From Gnetum montanum (Eukaryota; Plantae; Gnetophyta), in assembly GCA_015680685.1 (NCBI GenBank), contig MNCI01000178.1:210941-274940 (forward strand): a DNA stretch of 64,000 nt, written 5' to 3'. Below are positions 1 to 12,711 of this stretch, piece after piece (the stretch's first letter is position 1; each line of letters starts with the position of its first letter). The position numbers and the translations under genes were made by a program. The notes beneath the pieces were generated by a model that saw only the letters and a program-made list of their open reading frames with translations, was not told the origin of the DNA and searched no databases.

Positions 1-203
1 TGTATTTTCTCTTGGTTATTCAGATCTATATTTTTCTTTTTGCATTATTTGTTGTGCATTCTCTAAGTCCCTAGGTGATTTGTCGAACCATCTAGGGTAT
101 CCTAAATCCCATTTTTTAGAGGTCCTATGGATTCAAGGTTGAGGATACTACATTGAAACTTTCAATTTTCTAGCAATCAAATTTTCTAGTTGCAATAACT
201 TTC

Positions 204-219
204 TAGTGCTAGAAGGAGG
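204..219 (+). promoter_or_regulatory. Primer-binding site, tRNA-Asn type (decayed)
   Basis: tagtgctagaaggagg vs TGGCGCTAGAAGGAGG, the complement of the plant tRNA-Asn(GUU) 3' end as I recall it. Differences are transitions only. Same site at 19537 and, reversed, at 61404. Confidence 0.75.
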
Positions 220-880
220 ACCTTCGCCTAATCTCTACATCCAATCCTATGACCATCATTGCTAACATTGTCTATCATCCTAGAATTTTCAATTTTTTAC
301 TTCAAAACCTTTGAATCTTTGCATCAAAAAATGTTTCCACTCATCCCCTACAATAGAAACTTCAATTTAGAAGTTGTAGGTTTTTGGGTTTTGGATCTTC
401 TCAACACTTGCTATGAATACTTAGCCAATGCCAATGTTGATCAATTCATAAAAGAATTTCATTTTTTGCTACCAAAATTTGTTTTTCAACATTGATAGTC
501 ATTATAAAATCCATTTTTAATCCATTTTAGTAGTAAAAATTACTTTCTAAAAAGTAGATCCCACTTCACCAACATTGGCTAAGAATCTTTCTTTCCCCCT
601 GCTACACCTAGCATAGGTGCAACTAGGAAGCCCTACGTGGGTAGGGTTACACCACCACTTTCCATATTGGGTAAAAGGGTATATCCCCTTTGGTAACCCA
701 CTTACTATTTGTAGTAAATGACTTTGTTTGGTCATTTTTCTCCATTTTTAACTTTTTTCCATTTCCACTTGTTGAAATTCATATTTTTGACCATCCATCT
801 ATAGCCTATATTCAGTCTTTTCAGCATCGTAATCATGTCTTTCCAATAGTTGACCAAGTTGCCTTTCACATTCTGTAATA

Positions 881-3800
881 GTGGGTCTAGCCAACAAGCC
901 ATGAAGATATATGACCCCAAGGACCTTGCTATCATTGATTGTAGGTAGTCTTTGAGGCTTAGGAGGTGAAGTTTTGAATTTTTGATCATAAATGAAGATT
1001 TCTACAATTACATTTATGCTAAAATGTAAGCTAGCATGCTAATTTCACATGTGAAAGTAGATGCTAAAAGGAATTTTGAGCTCATACATTGAGACAGAAA
1101 GGAATACAACCCTTCCCTGTATGACCAAATTCCCCTAAACAATGTCTATTCTTGCATCTTATCTCAATTGATTGAGATGGAAAACAAAGTATGAAAAGCA
1201 TAGCTCAAACGAGCAAGAGGTAAAGGAGGATGACTTTAGGGTAGAATCCAAGTCCAAAAACCTCCTAGGTAGGTTTTTTTAACAAAAAACCACCATGGCC
1301 ACATAGCCTTCCTCTATCCCCTTTGTTTCCTCCATAGGTCAAATGCCACCATCCTCTACCCCCTCCCACTTAACAATGTGCAGTCACACACTAGTCATCA
1401 TTGCACATCAAACATAATCAATGCCACAATTAATCATGTTTTACTTTGCCATGTCATTCATCACCCAACCTAGATTAGTATGACCATCATCGATGGTGGT
1501 TACCATCACCAACCCATTAACCTCTTAGATGGGATCCACCATGGACACCCACGTAGCCCAAGGGTGACATATCCCTTTCATTCTGTTTGTGCCTCAAGCA
1601 TTAACACAAACCTCCTTTTCTCTATTTAGCCCACTAACTACTATTGTAACATAACTTATCCCCTCTGTCCCACAATAGATAGTGAGGCCATAGATCATCC
1701 AAAAAATACTAAAACCCTTCATTCAAACCCTATGGCCTACAAGGCCACCATAGGGCTTGGATCAGGCCTTCTAGATGATCTAGGAGCTAATGGAGAAGTT
1801 GAAGAGGCACAAGGTCTCTACTTCTGAAAGTGTCAAGATCATGGATTTTTACCAGGATGATCCTATTAGTCTTGTGATCTCACCCTTGATGCTTCATCCT
1901 TGTGTTCATATCCCTCCATTTATGAAGTATAAAAGTGAGGGTGATTTGAACACTCACCTTATAAATTTTCATTCAGAGTGTTATGAGGATTTTTCCTATG
2001 TCCTTGATTGGAAAAGAACTTGATTGGTATTGCATCCTACCTAGAGGATCTATATCCTCTCTTGAGGATCTAATAACCTAATTCATTAACCACTTCAAGT
2101 ATAATTTGAAGCCTGATACCACACTTTACTAGCTAATTAAGGTCAAGTAAGGATCCCTTGAACCAATGCAAAAGTTCATCCAACGATGGAATGGTCTGCT
2201 AAATGAGATACCTGAGCTTATAGCCGAAATGCACCTTTTGAGGGGATGGTCAACAATTTTATTAAGTCCAATCTATATTACCTTAATCCATAGTCACTTA
2301 GTAAAGCCTTCTCTCAGACTAAAAACATAGAGGATATCATAGATGCCAATCATGATCCAATCTACATGGCATACAAAAATCAACACATCTAAAAGGACAA
2401 GGAGAAATTCAAGTAGAACAACATGGTAGTGGCAACCATAACCAAAGAGGCCAACATAACCAACTGGGAGCCAGGAGCCAATCCACCCAAGGCCCCTACC
2501 AACAATCAAGGTAACTATCCTTCGACCTCTAGGGCCATGACATTGACTACACCTAGGACAAAATTTGAGTAGAAGGACTATAGGAAGTACACTAGCTTAT
2601 CATTGAAGCCATTCAAGCTACTAGATCAATTGTCGAAGAGTGGGTGTATACAATATAAACAAATGAATGAAGCTACTTTAAAAAAGCATGAACAACTATG
2701 CAAAATAGCCAAAGATCCCACTCAAGTGACAAAGGATGATCCTCAACTACCTAGGTACTTTAAGCTAGACCACTTTTGCCATTATCATCAATTACCTAGT
2801 CATGATACTGAATTCTATCTTGTGCTAAAGGATGACCTACAAAAGATGATAGATAGAGAAGAGTTTGTCCTTAATGCCTCCAATCCATTCTAACTATAGA
2901 ATTAGTCAATGTAGGTATATAAGGACCTGTTGAACACTAATAACAGTCCCTACATTATATCAAAATTTAACATCAATGGCAATTGGAGACCAATGAGGGA
3001 ACTATTCATGATTCAAATACCCCCTCATGATGAAAGGACCTCTTCAACTTCCACTAGCTCAAGACCCCCTTTTATTTTGAGAGTACGGTCATGAACATCC
3101 TTAAGGAAGCCTTTTGTCATTAGGGTATCCTAGCCCAACACAACCTGACCAACCCACACAACTAAGTAGCGACCTCTTGTGGCAACTAATGCCATAACCT
3201 CTTCCTCCCAAACAACCAATGACAACCTAAAAATCCTTAGCCAAGAAAAGGGAGAGGCCTAGGTAGAAGACCAACAATAATAATAATGACTAGCAGGTCA
3301 AGTCATGGAAGCAAGTGGGTCTGCCAAATCCCACTTCCATATCCTCAATACCCATGACTTCTACAGCCTAGGTCACTTCTACTAGCAAATCATGAGAAGA
3401 ACACAAGAGCCAAGAAAACAAGAAAGAGGAAAACCAATAACAACCCAATGCTAAAGTATGCATTTTGAGGTACATGGAGGAAGTGAAGCAAAACCAGGGT
3501 GACAAGACCATGGCCAACAATAAGAAATTTCTAAGTGCGATGAAAGAAGTTAAGTAGTCCCTCAAACAGAAAAATACAACCTTAAGCTTGTATGACTTGA
3601 TCATAACTTCTACTACACAATGTAAAGCACTAGTCAAAATGTTGAATTCTATTTTTGCTAGTGAGTACATCCATGCTAATGAGAAATCCATCCATGTGGT
3701 AATGGTTCCTTCTTCACCAAATGGAAAGAAGTCACTGTTGCTAGTGTTTCATGATAGCAAAGTTAAGATCGGTCCCTAAAATGATGAAGTAACTAGGACT

Positions 3801-4438
3801 TATCTTTTCATAACCATATGTGTAGGGTATTAGAAGGTGCATCAAGTGCATTTTGATGATGGTGCCACAACTAATGTTAACCCATGCACCATTATTGAGT
3901 GCTTATGTTTGACTGAACAAATACAACATACAATAACATCAGCTTTCAAGGCCTTCAATGAGTTGAGGGTAGCTATCAAGGGATCTATCTTCTTGGATTT
4001 TGTGGCAGGGGAGCAATTCCCAACAACCATCCATTTTTTGGTGATGGAGAAGACTCTAAGGTTTAACCTTATCCTAGGAAGACCTTGGTTAGCCTAATTA
4101 TGGGTTGTGTCTTTACCTATCCACTAAGAGATTCATCTTTCTTACAGGGAAGGTGAAATAATCATTCATGGTGATAACATGGTTCCCCTGGTTGTTAACA
4201 ACGTGGATATAGAGTAAAGGCCTAAAGTGGAGTTTCAAGAGCAAACTCCAAACCAACAAGTCTAGTAGCCCAAGAGAGCAAAGAAAGATAAAAGTATAAC
4301 AATGAACAACAAAACATACTATGGAAAGAGCTTCCCTTAAACATCATCAATGAAGGGGATGGGGAATATAAACTCACGCAAAATAGGTCTTATATGTTTT
4401 CTAACCTTTCAAAGATTAGGAATAATTTGTACAACTGA
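881..4438 (+). pseudogene. Decayed gag + aspartic protease polyprotein of A1, ending in a stop with no RT
   Basis: ORF fragments DDPISLVISPLMLHPCVHIPPFMKYKSEGDLNTHL (gag), FCHYHQLPSHDTEFY (Tat-type Cys/His knuckle) and VHFDDGATTNV...FNLILGRPWL (protease). Many stops and frameshifts. Confidence 0.85.
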
Positions 4439-4726
4439 TGTACACCCCTTATCCTTTCACATTATGCCCTTATAACTTGTGTAACCATGTACTAATATAT
4501 CTACTTAGCCTAAATTTCCTTTGTTTCATGTTAAGTCCTTTTGTTTACTTTGTTTTAACCTTTTTTAGTATGTAGCCTAAGGACTTTTATTTGCATTTCT
4601 ATTTATTATAACCTTTCTCTTTCTTTATTTTTCTTGTTTAGAATAATATAAACTAGAAAACCCATAAAAAACTTTTAAATAAAAAATTATCAAAAATTAA
4701 ATATGAGTTTCTTTTCAACTTGGGCC

Positions 4727-4905
4727 TGCTATGGCCTAAAATTGACAACATTATATGATCTACCATGGCCTAAAATTAGCAAAACCCATGGCATGTAGAG
4801 GCCTTAAACTAGCACCGCAATTCGCTAAGACTCTAAACTAGCACCATGATCCACCATGACCTTAAATTGGTGATAAACATATGACCCACCATGGCCTAAA
4901 ACTGT
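4727..4905. repeat. Short degenerate tandem repeat, ~30-bp unit (ccatggcctaaaattrgcaa...), ~6 copies
   Basis: Recurrent ggcctaaaattg / gccttaaactagcacc / gaccttaaattgg words. Confidence 0.6.
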
Positions 4906-5229
4906 TAAGCATCCTTTATCCTATAATCATTTGTAATTTTATAATTTAGCTATTTTCTTCATAATCAATGTTGTCATTCTCAATATAGTTATTTACAATA
5001 TTTATAGCCTTAAAACCTTAAAATAGTAAAGTCATCAACAAAATATATAGCCAAAACTAAAACTAAAACTTAAAATTTAAAACATTTTTAAATAATATAT
5101 ATAGCCATGGCCACACTATGTGGCATAAATATTAAAGCATTAAACCATAAGTGTTAAACAATCTACAACCCAAGCGTTGGCCAACATTAGCCATATAACA
5201 ACCAACATGAAAAACTAAAATAAAATCAA

Positions 5230-6890
5230 CAACAAGTGCTAGGACATAAAGCATTTGATGAAGCTAAGGGGGCATCTAAAGAAGGAGGTGGTTGATCATC
5301 ATCATTGCCATCACCACTAGGGCTACCAACATCCCCTGATGCCTGTGACATAACACCATACAATTAATTAGTAACTAATAATCAAAAATATAACTTAAAT
5401 AAATCCAAAATTAAGATTCCAATCATAAAATTCATCAAACCTATGGGGAATCTAGCTTCTTGAACTCTCAAGAAAGATTTTGAAGGCTAGTCTCTAGATG
5501 ATGGAGAATCTAGTCTTTCATCATGTTGGCCTACTCAACATCCCTAGAAGTGACGCTAGTGAGGATGTTTATCCTGTACATGCTTATCCATCATAGTGGT
5601 TTCCATTAGATTGTAGCCATGGAGACCTCGTTTATATTTGTAGTAACCTAAGGAGAAGGAGATTCAACAACTGTGAGAGTGCTCTCAAAGAGTTTGTAAG
5701 CACTCTTAGCTTGAATTCCCTAAATGAACAACTTCATCTTACATCATTTAGTTGTCTCCTTCTTCAACCACTTTAATTATGACTCCTAATTAACTTTATA
5801 TTTCCTCTTATGATCTTTTTGTTCTTGGCCTCACTCTAGGACCTGGGCACTATAATACTTCTAGTTTTGGGCCTTTTAGGAGATCATATTCATCTACATC
5901 TGTTGCTTGGCTAACTCCCTAGAAAGGGCCACCTTGTCATGGATGCTATGCTAGTAGCAGGCCCATATGATCTCTTTGGTTCATCAGTTCTCTACATTAT
6001 CCACTTGGGCCTCCATGAAAGACTTACAGTCCTTAAGATCCATGATCCTCTCAGCCTGCCTTTTATTTTCCTCCCTCAAGTTCATAATTTGCTTCCATAG
6101 TGATTCGTTGAACCTCTAAAAATCCCATGAAAGTTTTGCACATAAAACTACAAAATTGGTGGCAGTTTTCTATAGCTTTAGGGGGACATTTTAGGTTTCA
6201 GGAGGAAGCTCAGGCAAGAAATCAAACTCCATGTCTTGGGCCAGGTCCCATGCAACTGATGGCACTAAAAATAAAAAGTATAATCATAAACATAGAATAC
6301 AACCTAAGATAGCCATAACATCAAATAAAACCATAGTAAAATGACTAAGTCATAGTAAAACATAGCTCTTACTGATCTCAAGTGCAACCTGTTGTAGCTG
6401 ATCGATAATGTCCTTTGCCATTCCATGCATGAATTTTATCTTGTTTGGGACCTCTATCCATGACTTCATGTGAAACATGGATGTAGAGGCCTTTACTAGG
6501 GGCTCAAGAACTACAAAAAGCATAAACATAATCAAGATGTTAGAATGATAACTAAGCATAAAACTAGCGGCTATAACAAGTAGGTCTAATGCATAAGCAA
6601 TCCTATATCCTCATCCTCATTAGGAATGATGACTAGGGGCTCCTTGGGTAATGGCTCACTAAACAAGACATGTAGATCATCCATATCAATGTTGGCTAAT
6701 CCTTTAGCCTCATGTTGCTGTAAGAGTTCCTCCTCCACACACCTTTGTTCTTCCACTATTCCAATGGCCACATACCTTTACTCCTCAGCAACACATTTGT
6801 GCTCCTCTTTTGCATGTCTCTTCTATTCTTCCACAGTGATAGCTTGAGCTATCATCTTCTATTGCTAATATATAGTCATAACCCATTAGA
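5230..6890 (-). pseudogene. 3' portion of an antisense multi-exon accessory gene (coiled-coil/acidic) in A1
   Basis: Minus-strand GT-AG introns at 6372-6265 and 5440-5343, with further acceptors at ~6511 and ~6116. Exon peptides include EEQRCVEEELLQQHEAK and ASGDVGSPSGDGNDDDQPPP. Confidence 0.65.
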
Positions 6891-6899
6891 GAAGTTAGC

Positions 6900-8641
6900 A
6901 CATGTAACCATATTTGACTATTTGAGGTTTTCTAGTACTTCCTTAGATGACCCTTATCTTTTTAGGATTGAAATCAATGCCTTTTTCTAGGGTCTGATAC
7001 CCTAGGACATTATCATCCTAGATCATCAAATGGCTCTTTTACTAGATAAGGCATCAGTTTCAACACATCATTTTAGCACCTTCTTAAGATGGTTCAAAGC
7101 CTATTTAAAGTTAGTGGCATAGGAGGAGAAGTCATCTCTAAATAATTCAAGATGATTACCAATTTGCTATTGAAATATGTTGAGACATTGAAAGGTTTTG
7201 GGAGCATTACATAGATCATAAGACATCTTTTTATATGTGAAAGTTTTCCAAAGACTTGTAAATGTCATTTTTACCTAGTATTTTAGAGAAATTTTGATTT
7301 TGTTGTTACCAATATAACCATATAAAAAACTATAGTATCTATGCCCTACAATGATATCCAACATTTGATATATGAATGACAAGGAAAATTTATCTTTGAA
7401 AGTAGCCATATTCAATAACATGAAATTTATATAGACTCTCCCTTGTTCTTCTTTCTTTGGTAAAATGGCAGGGCTTATCCACTTATTTTCTACCATAGAA
7501 TAGATGAATTTATTCTTGGGGAGCTTCTCTACCTTCTTTTTATTAACTTGCTTCAATTTTAGATTCAACCTCCTTTGGGGTTGTCTTTTAGACTTAATAG
7601 TAGAGTTTGTGTAGATTCAATATGGGCATATGCATGGATCTATTCCTATCATCTCATTATATAACCAATAAAATACTATTAATCATTTATTGACTATTTT
7701 TAATAGCTTCTCTTTCTATTCTTTAGTAATGTGGATATTTATAATTACTATTTTTCCATTAATTAAAGACATACATTCTAAGGATTTTGGTAATGTTTTT
7801 AGTTCTAAGGGCTTAGGTTCAAAGTTTTCTAGAATTTTAAACTCCTCCCCATCTACCTGTAACATTTTCTATTCTCTAACTCTAAGAGTTTATATCCAAT
7901 TTACTCCATTTCATCCATCTTATCTCTACTAGTTCCATGCACAATGTAGAACTTGCAAGGATCTCTACTAGTTTCATGCACAATGTAGAACTAAAGTGGT
8001 TATCTGTTGTTAACCACTAGGTGTCTTCTTATTTTTTAATTATTGTGTATAATAATCTTTGAACATTTGTAGATTTGGTAGAAATTTTACATAATATGAT
8101 GATTGTACTTTTGATTTTTCATGTCTTCTGTATGTAGTTGCACCCTATGTTATTTTAATGCATGGATCTCTCTTCTTCTCTATCTTGCCGCATTCAATTT
8201 TCTTGGAAATTTCTAAGGAATGGTCTCTAATTTTTGACTTGGCATCAATTGTGGTTAGCCAAGCCCTCCCCATAATAACTATGAAGTCTCCCTTATAATT
8301 TTTCATATAGATCACTAGGAAATCTACTAGATATAATCACCCACTAATAGTAGTTATAATGTTCTCTACTAATTTCAATAGATTGATAATGGATTGCAAT
8401 GTAAGCTTTAACTTCATATTACATTTCTTAAGTAGAGGAAGGTTTCATTCCTTTGTTTCTTGGGAAATAAAATTTACATTAGAACCTAATTTAACATAGC
8501 CTTTCTTGAATCATTTCCTACAATCTGTAAATAGATTAAGGGACTTCCAGAATTAGTTCTTTTCCTAGGAAGTTGTCCTACATTTATCTAGTCTATCATG
8601 ACATGGGTTAACATGATAGTTTAAATGTTTTGATATATTAG
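6900..8641 (-). pseudogene. Athila-like protease-RT fragment (copy G), same family as B
   Basis: ORF 7275-7568 (LKQVNKKKVEKL..FIY..ENKWISP..KDKFSLSFIYQMLD..GHRYYSFLYGY) parallels B RT at 28998-29290. Protease-like sequence at ~8200-8600; RT end VLG..GIDFNPKK near 6960-7010. Confidence 0.85.
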
Positions 8642-9504
8642 TGATAAATTCAAATTTCATCACAATGTGACATCAATAATGTCACTACCTTGATACATCA
8701 TTGTTGATACAATGTCTCAAGGTGTGTACACTCCTATAAATATGACACTTAGGCATACAATCCAACCACTCTCCATTTCACTAGTAATTGATCTATTATA
8801 GTTTGATTTCTTAGACTTAGACTTAGCAATAGAGAGTGAATGCCTATAGTGTGATGTGTGATAGTTGAATGGTGTCTTTATTTAAACAAGTTGTACTTGG
8901 GCACAAATTGTGATGGTGACAAAGATCAAGACTATTTTCCATCATTGTAGCATTCCCTTAGTTTATTTTATTCACTTAGCATAATTTTTGCTTTGTTACT
9001 AGCTTAATACTTTACTTTCTTAAGCACTTTATTTCTACTTGTNTTTACTAGCTTAATACTTTACTTTCTTAAGCACTTTATTTCTACTTGTCAATAGTAA
9101 GTAGTATGGATATGACTAATTTCAAGTGCTAAGTGTGATCGTTTGGTAATCCTAGTAGTATTATCACTTGGTTCATCCAATAGCATAATACTTGATAATC
9201 CTAGTGATGATACATGAGCCCAAGGCATGTTTGATAAATCTAGAATGGTTATCCATCACAATAGGCTAAAATAGCTTTATTCTTTCTTAGTTAGGTATAC
9301 TTAGATATTTTTCAATCATGTTTATAGCTAGGCATTATTTAAGCCTTACAACATCAGCTATAATATGCCTCACTAAGAAACAATGATCATGAGTGTAAAC
9401 TCAATTATTAGCATATTAACATTGTTCATCTATGGATTATGATCGAGTCAATGTAAACACTCATGACTTGTATGGTTGGGTGTTGGATGCTCCATTGCTC
9501 ATCA
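8642..9504 (+). repeat. 5' LTR of C (TGAT...ATCA, ~820 bp after removing an artefactual duplication)
   Basis: Ends ctcatca at 9504; TATA-like cctataaata ~8733-8742; length matches family LTRs. The 5' start is approximate. Confidence 0.65.
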
Positions 9505-9505
9505 T

Positions 9506-9524
9506 TTGCACCATTTCTAAGGAT
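9506..9524 (+). promoter_or_regulatory. Decayed tRNA-Asp-type PBS of C
   Basis: ttgcaccatttctaaggat vs TGGCGCCGTTGCCGGGGAT (12/19), immediately after the LTR end. Confidence 0.5.
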
Positions 9525-9649
9525 GTGTTAATGTGTGCTAAGTAATTGATTTTACAAAGTTTGTTGTATCAAAAACTCTAAAGTAAACTTCCATATCCTT
9601 GAAACGATCTTAAAAATACACACACTTAACCAAGCATCATAATCATAAC

Positions 9650-12600
9650 ATGGCTTCAAATAAAGACAAACTATCACCTACCAAAGAGATAAAAAAGGAC
9701 AATGATAGAGTAAATGACAAGGAAGACTAAAATATGTTGATGCAAACAAGAATCTCATATGCTCACAATGATCCTTACTATCCAAATTTTACCTTCATTT
9801 TTCACCAAGGGAAATTGAGGTCAAAAGGCCTACAAGGCAACATCATTCTACCTCTAGAGTGTTTTAACACTCACAATACTTTAAAAAACTCTAGCAGGGA
9901 TGAATCTAAGCCATGCACAAGAAGGATATCATGCGATCAAACATACAACAAGATTGTACCAATCCATAGAGGCACAAGTGAAAATAAATGTTGGTATGGA
10001 GACCAAACATGTGCATAATAAAGGAAAGTAGATTATTGGAATAACTTGATGTCAATGCATTTATAGCAAAAAAAACTCCAATAGGATCATGAAGTGCATT
10101 CTCAAATGCTTGTTATTCATTTGTAAGAACCTATCAAAGTGCAAATACATTTAGCCTTAGTAAAAACATCAAGAAGAGAAGTAATAGACTCTAAGTACAA
10201 GAAAGACTTAACACCAAGAGCTTCTGGTAGATCTCAAAGGAAAGAATATCAAAGTTACAAAAGGACTAATTGGCACCATTCTCCTACAACTTCATCTCCA
10301 TCCTCATGATTGTTGGTGGACTTTGATCTAAGGGAGCATAGGTATAGTGAGCATGACAAGGGAAGACATCGTACCCATGATCAACATGACTATCATCTGA
10401 GACACTTTGATGAGGAAGATGAAGAGCATGAGCTAAGAAGAAATAAGGAAAGACAAGTAGAAAGAGAAAGGTACAAACATCAAAGAGGGCACCACTACAA
10501 AAGAGCATGTGAACCCTACACACATGAAGAACCCCTAATGGTTACTTGTAGCATGATAAACATAAGGGAAGCTATTTACATCCAAATTGGTCACCTAAGG
10601 GATAGCAATATTAAGCAACTAGACATAAACAACATGCCCAAATTTGAGAGTGGATACAATGTAGATCCACAACACCACCTTCAAGCATTCCATGATGGCT
10701 ATGCCCTATAGAACATAGATAGTGACTAGCAAAAACTTAAGTTGTTTTCTCAGATACTTATCAAAGAGGCACAAAGTTGGTACAAATCATTGGAACTGGA
10801 ATCAATCAAAATATGGAGTAGCATGCTTGAACATTTTAATGACAAATATCAAACCTACTCCTGGGTGTCCAATGTTAAGAAACAAATCCAATGATGAAAG
10901 TAAGAAATACATGAGTCCCTTGATGCAGTAATGGATAGTTACTATTCACTTCTACATAAGTATCCAAGCCATAGATTTTCCCAAAGGAAGCAACTTAGGC
11001 ACATTGTTGATGGACTATGAAACAAAACCAAGGAAACCTTTGGGATTTATTCCCAAGGAAGATTGTCTAAAATGATTATCATCATATTTGGAGACTCATT
11101 CAACAAGTGGAAAAGGAAGAAGGTGAATTGAGGAAGAGAGAATCAACTAAAGAGTACAATAGAGACCCATCTATTAGAAAGAGAGATGTATGAGTATGCA
11201 ATCAACATGAGGAAGAAACCTTAGACAAGGTAATATATAAGAAAATACTACCTATTCATAAAGCTATTATAGATATAGCAAATAAGATAGAAAAGTTGTG
11301 GGATTTGGTCTATGAAAAATTTGTAACAACTATAAAAATTGTGGTGAAAAGACCTAAGCAAGCATTCAGAAAATGTAAGAAGAATAAGAAGAAAAGAGAT
11401 TTCAGATGAAAAAGAAAGGTAGCTTTAGTAGCAAACTATTCGAGTACAAGCTTAGATCAGGAGGAATGATGTTTCATGTGCCAATATGACCACCCTAAAA
11501 AGTTTTGCCCTATCATGGCACATTTTCAAGAAATGGGGGAATATGCATTAAACCTAAGATTCATCAAGAAGAAAATTCCCAAATGGTTACCTTATCCTCA
11601 AGGCAACTATCAACAAGCCTTCCAACCTACTTACTACCCCAGTGGAGCTTATTTGTAGCCACAAAAGTAGTACCATTAGTAGTGGCAACAACCATAATCA
11701 TGAATGATGCCACTACCATGACAATAATACCCATATCAACAACCAAACCCTTATGGATACTATGTCCAACATCCAATTTCTCTAGGAAATGCAACATTTC
11801 AAACCTCTCAATACTATCCACCAAAATACCATAGACCAATGCATTCAAGGATGGATTCTAATCAATTCATGCATCCACAAATAGCTAGTTCATCAAGTTA
11901 ACCTTCTAATCCTTTACCACCTATGCCAACACTTGTCATGTGGGGGGAACTGCCATCATAACCTCAACAAGGAAAAGCTACAAGGATCATACAAGCAATA
12001 TTAAGGATAAATCTAAAAAACATCCTTTCTTTAGGACAAGAAATGTTTGATAGAATTAGAAATTCATTGAGACAAATTTCTCCTATATTAGATCCTTCTA
12101 CAGACATCATGCTTCCATAACAACTAAATCAAGAACTTAAAATTTTCATGCTCAAAGATATAGTATTAAGTTGCATTAAGTCAAGAACACTTCCCAGGAA
12201 AAGAATGGATCCAAGAATTCCTTTAATTTACTTACAAACAACTAGAAATTTACCATGTAAGGCTCTCCTAGATTTAGGTTTTGGAGTAAACTTGATTTCT
12301 CAAGAAACATATAAGACATGGAACCTACCACCCTAAAAGAAGTATAACATAATATTAGAGCTTGCAGATCAATTTGTCACCATTTCTTTGGGACAAATAG
12401 AAGATGTGGTGACCACTATCAATGGGTGGTCCTATCTAGTAGACTTTCTAGTGATTGACATGAAGAATAATGACAAGGAATTTCCCATCATAATGGAAAG
12501 AGCATGGCTTAGCACAATAGATGCTAAGTTAGGGATGAAAGATTTATTTGTAGAAATCTCTAAGGAAGACACACAAGGAGCCATACACATGCAAAGAATT

Positions 12601-12711
12601 CCATGCATTATTGATTGTAACAAAGGATGTAGTTGTGGGTCGATACTTTATAATGTTAACACGATTTGTACACCAACCCAAAAAAAATGTGAAAAACAAG
12701 TGTATGGATAA
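9650..12711 (+). pseudogene. Decayed gag + protease of C
   Basis: LDINNMPKFESGYNVDPQHHLQAFHDG (gag); KALLDLGFGVNLIS and YLVDFLVIDM..FPIIMERAWLSTIDAK (Athila-type protease). Confidence 0.85.

Larger units (their letters stand above)
1..6895 (+). mobile_element. Tat-like (non-chromovirus Ty3/Gypsy) LTR element copy A1, truncated: end of 5' LTR (1-~199), PBS, gag-protease, antisense gene
   Basis: Bases 60-300 align with 19385-19600 and 875-4440 align with 21215-24780 (copy A2). tRNA-Asn-type PBS at 204. Gag and protease remnants are present. Confidence 0.85.

Noticed and set aside
8995-9092. ~48-bp direct repeat in the C LTR
   Set aside because: Identical copies joined at an n (9043); artefact.
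10310-10711. 133-aa His/Arg/Glu-rich standalone gene
   Set aside because: It is a surviving segment of the C gag frame, with a homologous region in B at ~25900-26340.
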